DNA of 64,000 bases, from assembly GCA_004431415.1 (NCBI GenBank), contig QPMI01000478.1:141541-205540 (forward strand), written 5' to 3'. Position 1 is the stretch's first letter, and each line of letters begins with the position of its first letter. Under the pieces are notes generated by a model that worked only from the letters and a program-made list of their open reading frames with translations, was not told the origin of the DNA and did no database searches. The DNA is from Cyanophora paradoxa CCMP329. Its lineage: Eukaryota > Plantae > Glaucophyta. Positions 11,904 to 24,100 of this stretch are shown here, one piece after another. Position numbers and translations under genes: made by a program.

Positions 11904-13780
11904 ATGCTCGCCGGCATCGATATCAAGAGCGCGCAGGACGTGCTCCGCCTTGTGAATCGTGCGGCCCCGCCCCAAGCGCGATCGTTTGCGGTTGATCTTA
12001 GCTTGACGCTCTTTCATTCCGCAGCGCCTGGCGGCTCGGAATCGGTTGGAGGGCGCAACATGCGTGGCGAGTCCATTCCAGCGCGCGGAGGAAGCGCGCA
12101 GGAGGAGAGCGAAAAGTGGCCTGAGCGCCGGCGCGAGTCGCCGGCGATCGTTGCGTACGAGAAGCTCGTCGAGAAGCTCGAGGAGCACGGCCTCAGCGAG
12201 CTCGACGCGGCTCAGATCGTCAGCGACGCGAGCGCCGGCGGCGACACGCGCGTGCGCGCGGCCGGCTTCAGCGATGTGTACGCGGTCGCGGCGCGCGTCG
12301 GGCGCGTCCCTTCAACGCAGGGCGAAGAGCCGGACGCCGCGCTGGCCCCGTTCTTCTCGTTCCGGCTGCTGGCGCGGACAGACAAGTTCTCGATCGACGA
12401 GAGCGACGCGTGGGGGCCGGAAGCGCCGCCGGAGGAGCGGAGCTATCCCCTGCGCGCCTCGCTGCAGCGTGGCCGCGACCTCCCGCCTGCGCGCGCCTCC
12501 GCGCCCGCCGCGGCGCGCCGGCGCGAGGTCGAGAGCGCCGCCCGGGGCCCCTGCGTCCGCCTGCAGACGGGCGCCGACCGCGACCGCGCGGCGGGCGACG
12601 CGCTCTTCGTCTTCCCCTCCGCCGCCGCGCCCCGCCGCTCGCCGCTCGCGGGGCGCCGGCGACGCCGCGCCAGGTCCGCGTCGCGTCCCTCCGCGTCGCC
12701 CTCGACCCGCCGGGCGGGCGCGTCTGCGAGCACTGGCGGGCCTCCTCCCCGCCGCCCCGTACGGTCCGCCGCCCGCCGCCCGCCGCCCGCCGCCGCCGCC
12801 GGCGCCGCCCGACTGCCGCGCGCGCGCAGGGTCGCCGCTGGTGCTCTGGCAGCTCTCGGAGGACGACGTGCGGCCGCTGGTGGCCGCGGGGCGCTCCGCG
12901 ACGCTCGCGCCGGCGCGCGTCGCGCTGCCGTCCGACGAGGGCCTCGTCCTCTGCTCGGGCGCCGTCGAGGAGCTCGTGCCGGCGCCGCCCTCGCCCGCCA
13001 ACCCCGTCGTCGTCCGCTGCACGGTGCCCGCGGCCCCCGCGCGCCCGCGGCGGGCCCGGGCCGACCGGACGAGGGCGGCCGCGCAGGCGGAGGACGACGG
13101 GCGCGTCGTCACGGGCCGCGCCTTTGCGGCCGAGCTCTACGAGGACTTCGCCCTGGGCCCCGCCGGTCCGCCCGCCGCCGGCAAACTCCGCCCGCGCCGC
13201 CCGTTGCGCTCTGACGTACTTCGCAGCCGCGCCGCTCCTCATCGAGGACCCCCAGGCCCGCCCCGTGTACCCCTGCGGGTCCCCGCAGCCGCCCCGACGC
13301 TCCGCGCAGCACGACGCGTTCCCCGGGGCGGAGCGCTGCGACACCTGCGCCCCGTGCCTCGCCGCGGGGCGTGCGCAGTCGCTGGAAGACGAGCCGCCCT
13401 TCGAGTCCGTACCCCCCTCCGCCTTCACCGTACCCCGCCGAGCCTGTCCGCCCGCCCGCCCGCCCGGCAGGTCCCGCGGGGTCGGGTCCACCGGCTTCGT
13501 GCGGGCGCGGCGCCTCGTCCCGCCCGTGGCCGACGCCGGCGCGGTCGACTGGGACGCCCTGTGCGCCCTCCCTCTCTCCCCCCCCCCCCCCCCCCCCCCC
13601 CTTCTCCCCGCCCTCGCCGAGCCTCCTCCCCCATCGCAGGGTACAGGCGTACCTCGGCTGCTGCGAGGCCGCGATGCGCCATCGAGCCACGGCGAGCCCG
13701 TGCCTCCCGAGCTCGTGGCTTACAATTACCGCTTAGATTCGAGAGGCCTAGAAGCTTTCACCTTCTTAAATTCAATCTAA
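11904..13780 (+). CDS. Hypothetical protein, multi-exon and/or frameshifted; divergent from the F-box gene
   Basis: Protein-like segments in successive frames (MLAGIDIKSAQDVLRLV..., YEKLVEKLEEHGLSELDAAQIV, SPLVLWQLSEDDVRPLV, CDTCAPC). No recognisable family. The 3' end is uncertain. Confidence 0.5.
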
Positions 13781-16700
13781 TCTTATCTGATGCGAGCCTT
13801 TTGTTAATCCCTCTAAGCTAGATGACGCTCTTCTCGAGACTCTCGAACCAGCTCCGCTCTTAACCTCGCCTCGATCCCGGTTGGTCCGAGCGCCCCCCGC
13901 AGGCCGAGGCGCCCCCTGTCCCCGACGCCGACCCCCTACGCCAGTCGATCAAGGTAGCCCCCCTCCCCCCCTTCTCCCTCCACCTCCCCCCCCCCTCGGC
14001 TGGCTGCCTGGCTGCCCGGCTTGCCGGCTTGTCTGATCGGCGCCGGGCGCCCCTTCAGCGGGCGGCGGAGCACCGGAAGCTCCTCGGGGTGCGTTCCTTA
14101 GAAGCTAGGAGCGCAAAAGGAACCAGACTCTCTTCATTCTCTTCCTTTTAGCCTTTAGACTCTGACGCGGTGCCGGACGCTCTTAGCCTTCAATTGGCAC
14201 AGGAGGGCTCAGTAAGCTTTCGGACTCTGCCGCGGCGCTCCTGCAGGCTCACTGAGGCCGCTGGCGCTCGCTCCTAAGCTAGGCGCTGGGGAGATTCTAT
14301 TCCTTTCTCTTCTTATTACAAGATAGAGAAAATCTGGTTCCTTCTAACCTTTATCGACTCTAGTGCTCACTGAGGCCGCTGGCGTTCGCTCCGGCAGGTG
14401 GCGGAGGGGCTATTGCGAGACATGGAAGGACCGGTGCGCCCGCCCCGCCCCGCCCCGCCCCGCCGCCCGCCCCTGTGCCCCCGCGCCCCGCGGCCGGCGG
14501 CTAGCTACAGGTGGCGCAATAGGCCAATCGTAGAACTCTTAGCGTCAGCGAACTTTAGCCAGCAAGGCCAGCCGGGGGCTGGGTGGGCGTACCCCCCGTC
14601 TGACGGGGGTACAAGATCTAGAGCTAATTAAACCGGGCGGGGGCCGGACGGGGGCCTGCCTAGCTCAGCTGACCGCTCGTTCACATCCGGTGCGAAGGGC
14701 GGCGGAGGGGGGCAGCTGGAGGAGGACCGGGAGGGGCAGTGGCCGCAGCCCGCCCCCGGCCCCCGCCGCCCCGGGGCCCCCGTCCAGCCCCTCTACCCCT
14801 TCGACTTCCAGGCCCTCCACGGCCGCACGATCTGGATCGGGGGGTACGCGTATCTAGCTTCCTTCTTGGCTCGGCGCGAATCGACGCCGGGTACCCGTAC
14901 CGGTCGCAGGGGTATACCGAACTCTGTCTTCCTAGAGGGGCTGGTCCGCTCGCGCGCCGAATCGCGTGCCCCCCTTCCGCCCCTCCGATCCGCGCGCCGC
15001 AGAACCGCTCGAACAGCGTCTTCGACGCGGTTCGAATCCTCCAGGTTCGTTTTCCGTTTTCAATTCTCAGAGAATATTTATTCTTCCGATTCTGTTTTTG
15101 TCTGCTCACTCTGTACCCTGCAGAGGGTCATGGAGACCGACGATCTGGAGGACCCCTCTACCCCCCTTTCCTCCGGGAGCCACCGTAACAAGAAGGCGGT
15201 CCGAGAGACCCCCCTCTAGCCCCCTCCCCTCTGTCTCACTCACTCGTACCCCCCTCCGTTCCCGAACAGGCCGCCTGCCGCCACCTGGGGGAGGTCATCC
15301 ATCTCGTACGCCGGCTCACCCCCCGCTCCCTTCCGGATCCCCCCCCCTTCTCTTAATCCCTTCCCCCCTCTCATCCCCACCCCTCTCTCATTCACCCCCC
15401 CCCTCCCCCCCCGCAGATCCTGTCGCACTGGTCCTCACCGGACGCGCCGCCCGAGCCCCCCGAGCTCGCCCACCCGCCCCCGGGGTACGGCCCGCCATGC
15501 GCTCCCCTCCCCCCCCTCCCCTCCCCCCCCCCGCCCCCTTCTCTCTCTATCTCCTTAGGGGGGCGGTGGGGGGGGGGGGGGGGATGAGACACGGGAACGG
15601 AGCCTAGCTAGCTAGCTAGCTAGCTAGCTACCTGGCTTGACGCCTGGCCACTCCTCGATTTCTTCCCCGCTCTTAGACCCCCCCCGCCCACGTTTTCCAG
15701 CTTCCGGTGTCGCTCACGGCCTTCTGGGTCGGCAGGTGGGCGCAGGCCGTGCTGGGGACGACGGGGGGCGTCTGGCACGCCGCCGCCGCCCGCCTCGCCT
15801 TGCCCCAGTGCGCGCGCGTGTCGGCTCGGCTCGGCTCGGCCCGGCGGTCCAAATCGTGTCTCGAGAAACCGTCATCGGCCCTAGCGTGAGGCCCTTGCTT
15901 GTGCTTACGCAGCTCTCCCGCCGGCGCCGCGCAGCCTTGCGCGCAGGATGCGCTCGGACCCGTCCTTCATTGGCCCTGCCCCGGTGCGCCCCGGCCCGCC
16001 CGCCCCGCCCGCCCCGGACTGGCGCCTACGTAGCTCGGGCCCGGCTCGGCTAACGCATCGCTTGACTCCGCTCCAACTGCACTTTCTCCCCACCTGACCG
16101 CGATGCGGCCTTGGCCCCGGCCGCCGCGCCGTCCCGCAGGCTGCGTCGTCGGCGCTGGCCGAGTCGGATTTTTTCGAGGCTGCCTGTGATCCCCGCCCCC
16201 TCGCCCCACCCCCTCGCCCCGCTCCGCCCCTCCCCCGCCCCGCCCTGCCCTGACGGACGCCCGGGCGGGCCAGGGTCCGCGGAGCGCCTTGAGCCGGAGG
16301 AAGAGATGGTGGCCGAGGCCGCCCGCTCCGGTACCCCCCCCGCCCCCCCCCCACTCTAGATTTCGCAGGGGCGCTCCAGCGCCCCTCCGCCCACCCCGCC
16401 TGCCCCTCCGCCCCTTCTTTCTTTCTGACCTGTTCCCCTCTGACAGCGGAGGCGGCGGCGGGGGGCCGCCGGCGCGCCGCGCGCTTCCTCAAAGTCTGCG
16501 GGCGGTGCGGCCCCGGCCCCCGGCCCCGGCGAGCTTTAAGGATGACCCCTGGCGACTAGAGCTTTGAGGGCGACTAAACCCACCAGCCGCTGTCATTAGC
16601 AGCAGCGGCGCGGCGCCCGCGCCCCGGCAAGGGCGACTATTTGCCGCTGTCAGCAGCCCCTGGCAACTACTACCCGCACTATCAGGCGACGAATTTTAGC

Positions 16701-18469
16701 GACACGAGCGAAATTTAAGCCCCGTGCCCCAGCAAGAAAAGCGACTAGATCCCATCAGCCGCTACTATTATCAGCAGGAGCAGCTATTTAGTCTGGGAAA
16801 GACGGGTCCTCCCGCCTGCCCGCCCGCCTGCGGGGCCCTGACGCGCGCGCCTTTTGGCCGCCTGCGGGGCCGCCTGCGGCAGATGGCTCGAGGCCGCCCT
16901 TCAAGTCCGCCCCCCCCTCCCATTCCCCCCCCCCCTTTCCCCCCCCCCCATCCCCGCGTCCCCTCGAGCTCTTTTCCTTACCGCCTCTCGCTCCCCTCCC
17001 CTCCTTTCCGCCCCTTCCCGCGCCCGCCCCGCCCTCCTCCTCCTCATCGTTCCCCTCCTCCTCCCCCCTCTCCCCCTCCCCCCCCCCTGACGGAGGCGGG
17101 GCGCCCGCGCAGCTCCGTATGGCCCGCCGGGACGTCTTCGAGGTGGCCCCCAACTTATCTTAGACGCTACGTTGACTAGCTTATCTAATCTAACTCAATA
17201 AGTTATCGAACTCAATAAGACGGTTCTCCACCTCCGAGTTTTCCGCCGGGACGTCTTCGTGGTTAAAAAGCCGCCAAGTTTGCTTAGATAGAGTCCGACC
17301 CCGGCCCGAGGTGGCCCCGGACCTCTACCCCTCCAGCCCGGCCCCCCCCCCCCCCCCCCCCCCAACGCCCCCCCACGCCCCGAACCAGCACCGCCGCCTC
17401 CTCCTCCTCGTCCTCTACCCTGCGCTCGCCGGCCGCGCCGCCGCCCGTCACGCCCGGGCGGCGGCTCCGCAGCTAAGTTGACTAATTAAATAACTAACTC
17501 GGCTGGTCAACTTATTTTAGACGCTTAGTTAACTGACTACACTAAATATATATCCATTCGTTTTAATACTAGGTTATTTTTGGATTAGTTTAAAAATAGC
17601 TATAGTTGCGTTTGTCTTTATATGGGTTCGTAACTAAGCTGGCGGCGGCCCCGCAGCTGGCGGGGCGGACGCTTATATAACTAACTAAGTTATCCCTAAG
17701 TTATCTAACTTGAAACTTATATAATCAACTTATCTAGAAACCTGCCCTAAGTTATCTAACTTAATTAGAAACTTATATAATCAACTTATCTATCCTGGCG
17801 GGGCCGCTCGCCGCAGCTCGCGGAGCGGACGCTGGCGCTCTCGCGGGCGGCGCACGCCCGCCGCGACCTCGCCGAGGCCGCCGCCGCCCTCCTCGCCCCC
17901 GCCTGGTGCGCTCGAGCTCGGCGCTTGGAGCTTAGAGGGGGCGTAGAGCTCGTAGAGTGGGGCCGCCCCCGCCCGCCTCGCCCCCGCCTGGTCCGCACCG
18001 GGCCGGGGCCTCGGCCGGTGGATGAGCTCAAGCGGGCCGGGCTCAGCCTCGGATGGCTTCGCGGAGATCGCGGCCGGCCCGACTGGATTAAACGAAGCTT
18101 AGAACGTACATAACTCGGAGCTGCTACGCTCCGGTGGCGCCCGGAGGCTTTCTGACGGGGGGCGCCCCCGGGGGCGGCCTCAGGGCGGAGGCAGCCGCGG
18201 AGGAAGGGGCGGCGGGCTCGCACGGGGCCCCCGCCACGCCGTCCAAGGGTCCGCCCTCCCCCAACCTCACCCGCCCTCCATATCCTTCGAGGTCAAGAGA
18301 GACTCACAGCTGATCTCGCGCCGTCTTGGGCTCTAGATCCGATCCGAGTAATATTTAGAGCCGTCCAGAGATCTGAAGAGCGGGCCGCGCAGGGACGCCC
18401 GCCAAGGGACCCGCCTCGTTCCTCCCCGCCGGCGCCCTCCTTGCCACCGTCGCCAGCGGGCCCCGCCGC

Positions 18470-20660
18470 AGGGTGCGTCCCCCCCCTCCCACGCCCGATC
18501 TACGGCTTAGAAGCTCCAGCTCACACGAGCGCAGGGGAAGCGCAAGGGCGGCGGCGGGGGCCGGCCGCCCTTCCCCGAGTACTACGAGAGCCCCGAGGCG
18601 GGAGGAGGAGGGGCGGAGGCGGAGGCCGAGGAGGAGCTGCGGGCGGTGCCGTTCTCGCTGGCGGGGGCGGGCCCCGAGCCCGAGGCGCCGGCGCCCGCAG
18701 CGGAGGAGGAGGAGGCCGCAGGCCAGGCCGAGGGCGCGGCAGCGGCAGCGGCTGTCGAGGCTTTGTCGTTAGCGCCGGCGGCGGAGAAGGCGCCGCAGGC
18801 GCCGCCAGCGGCAGGCGCCGCATCGGAGGCGGAAGCTCAGCCACCGGCGCCGGCGCCGCAGCCGAAGGACGCGGCGGAAGAGCCGCCGGAGCCGCCCGCG
18901 GGCGGCCCGCAGGCCCCTCCCGAGCGCGGCGGAGGGGCACCGGCCGGGGGGCCGCGGCGGGCGCCGCCGGAGCCGCCGCGGGTCCATTGGAGCTGGAGGG
19001 GCGACGGAGGAGGCGGGGGCGGGGCCGGGGCCGGCAGCCGGGGCGCCGGCGGCGGCCCAGGCGTGGCCTTGGCCGCGGGCCGCGGGCGGGGGCGGGGCGC
19101 GGCGGGCGGGGCGGGGCCGGCTGCATCGACGCGGCGGCAGACGCGACGGAGGCGGCCCGCGCGGCGGAGGCCGAAGCCGCCGCGTGGGCCGAAGAGATGG
19201 CGTACCCTCCCCACGCCCCGCGGCCCGCGCCGGCCCGCTCGCGCGCCTTCCACACGGGCCTTTCCGAGGGGGGCGTACCCCTCGAGCCCTCCCCGACGCC
19301 CTCGCCCCCCGCCGCGCCCACCGCCCCGGCCCCGACCTCGCCCCCCGCCCCCTCCGGGGCTTGGGCGCGACACCTCGTACCCCCCTCCACTCAGGCCCGC
19401 CACCGAGGCCGGCGGGGCGCCCCGCGGTACCCTCTCATTGTCTCGCTTACCCCCGCGTTTCCTCCCTTACGCCTTAGCAGCGAACCCCGAACGGAGTGGC
19501 GGCGCAAGAGCGAACCCGGCAGCGGCGAGGCCCCCGCGGGTGCTTCCCCTCGTACCCCGCCCCCGCTCCCGCCCCGCCCTGCACAGGTTCAGCTCACGAC
19601 GGCCGGCAGGCCGGGGGGCGCCTGGCGCCGGGCTCTGGCGGGCCGAGGGGGGCGCCCCGGCTCCGCGCCCCCCGGTCGGACCGCCTTCAGAGCCCGCGGT
19701 CGAAGCCGTCGGCGGGCCCGAAGCGGCCGCGTCCCCCGCGCCGGCGGCGCCGGCCGCGGCCCCCGAGATGCCGGCCTCGCCCCGGAATTCGAGCCCGGGC
19801 GGGGCATGGCCGGGGCGGCGGCGGCGGCGTGGGCGGTGGCGGAGGCGGAGCCGGCGGCGGCGGAGGCGGAGGAACGGTCCCCTTGGGAGGCGGCCGGCCT
19901 CGGCCTCGTGGGCCCCGGCGCGCCCGCCTCGCCCCCCCGCTTCGCGCCCGAGGAGGCGGAGGCGGTCCCCCCGGAGGCCGCTGTACCCCTGGAGGGGGAG
20001 GAGGGGGAGGAGGCTTCGGTACCCCCGGAGGAGGAGGCGGAGGGGGTACCCCTGGGGTTCGGGGGGGCGGACGCGGAGGAGGGGGCGGGCCGGGGGCCGC
20101 CCTCGCCCCCCGCGGCCCTACCCCTCCCGCCCCCGCCGCCCGCCCCCCCGGGGGGATGGACCCTGGACGTCCTCCAGCCGCCATTCCGCCTACCCCCGCC
20201 CTATACGTACGCGGTACCCGCCGCCCCGCCGCCCCAGCGGCTGCACCCGTACCCCTGGCACCCGTACGGGCCCGGCCCCGTACCGGTGGTGCTGGCCCCC
20301 ACGGCCCGCGGCGTCGCCCCCCCGGCGCCCTTCCGCCTCGTGCCGCAGTACGGCGTACCTCCGCCGGCTCCGGCAGGCGCCAGCCCCGGCCGGGCCCCCG
20401 TCCCGCAGGCGGCTCCGCCTGGTGCACCCCAAGGGTCGGGCGCTCTGGTCGGCTCTCCAGGCCCCGCCCAGCCGCAGGTGCGATCCTTGCGATTGACGTA
20501 CTTTGTCTCGTTTTGCTTCCGCGCTGACCCGAACCCGCCCCGCAGATGGTAATCTTCTACCCGCCCGTACCCGTCCATGTACCCCCCGGGTCGCCTGCCG
20601 CCGCCGCCGCCGCCGCCGCGGCAGCCGCCGCCGCCGCCGCCCCTCTGCGGCGCCCGTGAT
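18470..20660 (+). CDS. Possible Pro/Ala/Glu-rich low-complexity protein (multi-exon)
   Basis: Protein-like acidic/Pro-rich stretches in alternating frames (EAPAPAAEEEEAAG; EEAEAVPPEAAVPLEGEEGEE; PYPWHPYGPGP) and a clear intron at ~20478-20545 (GTGCGA...CTGAC...GCAG). Boundaries are approximate. Confidence 0.4.
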
Positions 20661-21135
20661 CACATTATGAGAGCCCCAGGCCTAGGGCGTGGGCCCCGCG
20701 CCCATCCCCGTTCGAACAACAGCTGGCTACAGCGCTCGATTCCCGCTTTTCTGGGCTATAGCTACCAGGTCTTCAATTCGCTTCATCTGTACATATATAG
20801 TCAATCCTGCGATTGGACGTCGACTTATTTAATTTCTTCTTTGTGTTCGCAATTGTTGTAAGTGGCGCCGGGCCCTCGCATGAAATCTAGACTTGGATCT
20901 AGAAATTTTACGCCCTATGGCCATCCATTTTCCCGAAATTCTCCGCCCCATGACCGTGCCCCTCAGTAGCAGCTTCCTTTCCTCGTTTCGATACGTTCCT
21001 TCTTCTGGTCCTAGCTGTCTAAATACATAAGAATACTAAATGACCACACTTGCATATAAGTAACACGCACTAAGATCTATTTACGGAGATCGTAAGCCCG
21101 CATCACCTGGCACGCTGCCACATGTCCAGTGCGCC

Positions 21136-24100
21136 TCATAGGCGAGTCACGAACACGGCGCGATCGTCTGCTGTTCCGCTCGAGCCCGCGCGCTTCGCCT
21201 TCGGATTCCCCTGTGATTTCCGGCTGTCGCGGGTCGCCGACCGGCCGCTCCTGAGCGCCCCCGCCACCAGAACGCCCACCGCGAGCGCAACGGCGATCCC
21301 GCCGGTGATGATAAACAGCTTCATCATCTGGGCGATCGCGACAGTCATGAGCACGCTGAATCCGCGAACTCGGGCGCGTTATTATTCTCAAATTGCGCGT
21401 ACCTTTCCCTCCGCGTCCTGTCCGCTGCTTTGTGCCTTCGAATTCGCGTCTTCGGCCACGGCGAGGTTGACAGCCCTCAAGGCCGCGTCGGCCGTGTCGG
21501 GCGGCTCCGCTGCGCCGCCGTCCTCGGTCCCGCCGCTCGGGGCGCTCGGGGGCCCCGCGTCCGACCAGACGACGGCCTGGCGTCCCGATCACAATCTCGC
21601 AATTGACTTCGCCAAAAACCCACTCACATTCCTAAAGATGATCGGGGGGAAGGCGCCCGTGGGGCTCTGGATGCGCAGGTCGTAGGGCACTCCACTGGAG
21701 AACTGCCGAGAGGCCCGCCGGCGGCCCTGCTGGCCCTGCCGCAGCGCGGGGACCTCTGCTCTGTGTCAGAATCGAGTGCCGCAGTTTCGGGAGGGGGCGC
21801 GCACTGAATCGGACTCGCTGGTCGGGCAGCACCGTCGCGTGCACTTCGATCGTTTCGATCAGCCCGGCGGCGCCGTTGCTCATAAGCACGACCCGCAAGG
21901 CGTCGCCCGGCAAAAGCTCGACCTGAAGCGCGTACACAATTATAAACGCGCGCCGTTGCAGGGCACACTCGAATTACACCGAGGCACCGGAAGGCCCTCC
22001 AAAGCCACGATGACGAAATCGCTGGGGGACTGCAGCCGGGCCGTTTAAGATTATAATTAGGCAATGAAGCCGAGCAGAAGCTTAGAATTGATCTGATCGA
22101 CGCACGTCCCGCGAGACTTGGAGGAGGGGCGCCGGTAGCGAGACGGAGATCGTGTCCCCGTCCACCAGGGCTGTCATCGAGCCCGTCTCCACCGTCTGCT
22201 CTCCGACTTTGATGGACCCGACGCTCACGTTCGCTGGAATGGGAGGCGGCGGGACGGGCGCTGTGATCGGGCCCGGGGATGGCGTCGGCGTCGCGAGCCC
22301 GGGCGGCGCTGCCGCTCCGGATGCGACGTCGCTGCCTCGACCCGAGCTGTTCGCTTGGAGCGAACGCGTGCGAGCGATGGCCTGCGCCCTCCGGTCCTGC
22401 CCGTAATGCAGCGTGACCGTACACGTGATCAGGTACTGCTGCAGCTGGCTCGGGAGTCCCGTCACGTTCACTGCCTGCACGGCCTCCGCTGCTATCGGGA
22501 CGTCCAAGACGACGGCAGAGCTTGTCGCTCCACCCCCCGCGCAGCTGACTGTTAGATTCGTGTAGACGGGCGTGTCCACCGCCCCGTCAGGCGAGACGCT
22601 CCACGCGATAGCTGATGTCGCGACTGCAGTCGCAGACACGGGCGCCACGGTGAAGTTGAGCGAGCCGTCCAGCACCTCCCGAGAAGGAGCTGTTGATTGC
22701 TTTTAGCCAATCGCAAACGCGGGATATTGAAGATGTAGCTGATTTATTTGGCGATTCAATACTCAAGATGAAGCTGATATTTTAGGTGATTCACGGTGTC
22801 TGCGCAATAGTCCGCGTGCAAATATACTTATGCACCTGCGGGCACTTCGCAGACGCTCGCGTTCGTCTGTTGCCGAAGCTCCGCCAGAGCAGTTGCATTT
22901 CTTTCCACGCCGACGTAGCTCAGCGTGCCATTGCAAACGTAAGATACGCCCGCCGACAGCGCAGGCACAGCGATCTCCATGTCGATGGCCGAGTATGTCG
23001 TCGAATTTAACTGACCCAAGTTGCCAAGGACGACTTGAGGGACGACAAGGACGATGCTGTACGTCTGCGTGCCTCCAGGGGCTGCACATGCGACGGCCAA
23101 GTTCTCGTACCGGGGCGGAATGCATGCCCCCTCTGCCGGAAGCCATGCGGCTGATACAGAAATCGCGTCGTATTTAATGTTGGGGGTGGTGTGGCTTGGG
23201 CATGCGACGACGAGATCGGCGGGCGTGCAGAAACGCGCTGCAAACGCACGGCAGAACGTTTTAGCCGGCTCGCGCGAACGATCGCAAGATTTTGCTCACC
23301 GGGAACGAGCGTCGTGGCGTTGGTGGCTGTGCTCTGCAGCAACCCACCCGTCCCGTAGAAGAGGGTCGCGTTGCAATGCACTGTCTGGTCCTCGACGGAG
23401 GGTGCGAACCCCGCTAGCTGGAGGGTGACTCCCTCCACGGCTGTCGCAGCGGCGGGGACGTCTTTCAGCAGCGCCCTCCGAGTCTCGTTCCCGGAATAGC
23501 ACACGACAGTGACGTTTGAGTACACGGGGGTTTTAACGTGGCCCGGCGAGATTGCCCATGAGAGCCCAGTGACGTTGAGAGATGTGATTGATGTGGAAAC
23601 GATTTGCAGAACCAGAGAACCGTCGAGCACGGTCTTATCTGGTACTACGACAATAGTACAGTAAGCATGTGCACCATTTCGGATCCTTCGATGGAAAAGG
23701 CGCTGCGCTGCGTACCTTGTACATAGGCCGACGCGACAGCAACAGACACGTCGGACGCGTTGGAATTCACGCCTGTTGCGTACTCAAGAATTGCGATGCA
23801 GACGAAACTTGACTCCAAGACGTCCTGCAAGCCTGCAATGGTGACAGGACTCGCCTCGCTCGCACCGGTTGCAATTTCGCCAGGTAGAACAGCAATCACG
23901 GGTGTACTGTCCGCTGCACCAGTGCAGCTGATTGTTAGATTTGTGTAAACAGGCGTGTCCACCGCCCCGTCTGCCGACAAGCTCCACGCGATAGCTGATG
24001 TCATAATCGCATTTGCAGATGCGGCAGACACAGTAAAGTTGAGTGACCCGTCAAGAACAACTCGCGGGGGAGCTGCGATTTCGAATGCGCATGCGCGTCG

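Noticed and set aside
13800-18400. Possible additional host exons (e.g. 13.9-14.45 kb, 15.7-16.3 kb, 17.8-18.1 kb)
   Set aside because: Some splice-like signals are present, but I could not support a coherent gene model or domain.
12046-20663. Many long overlapping Arg/Pro/Gly/Ala-rich ORFs on both strands
   Set aside because: These are expected shadow ORFs in very GC-rich DNA; only frames with protein-like composition were used.
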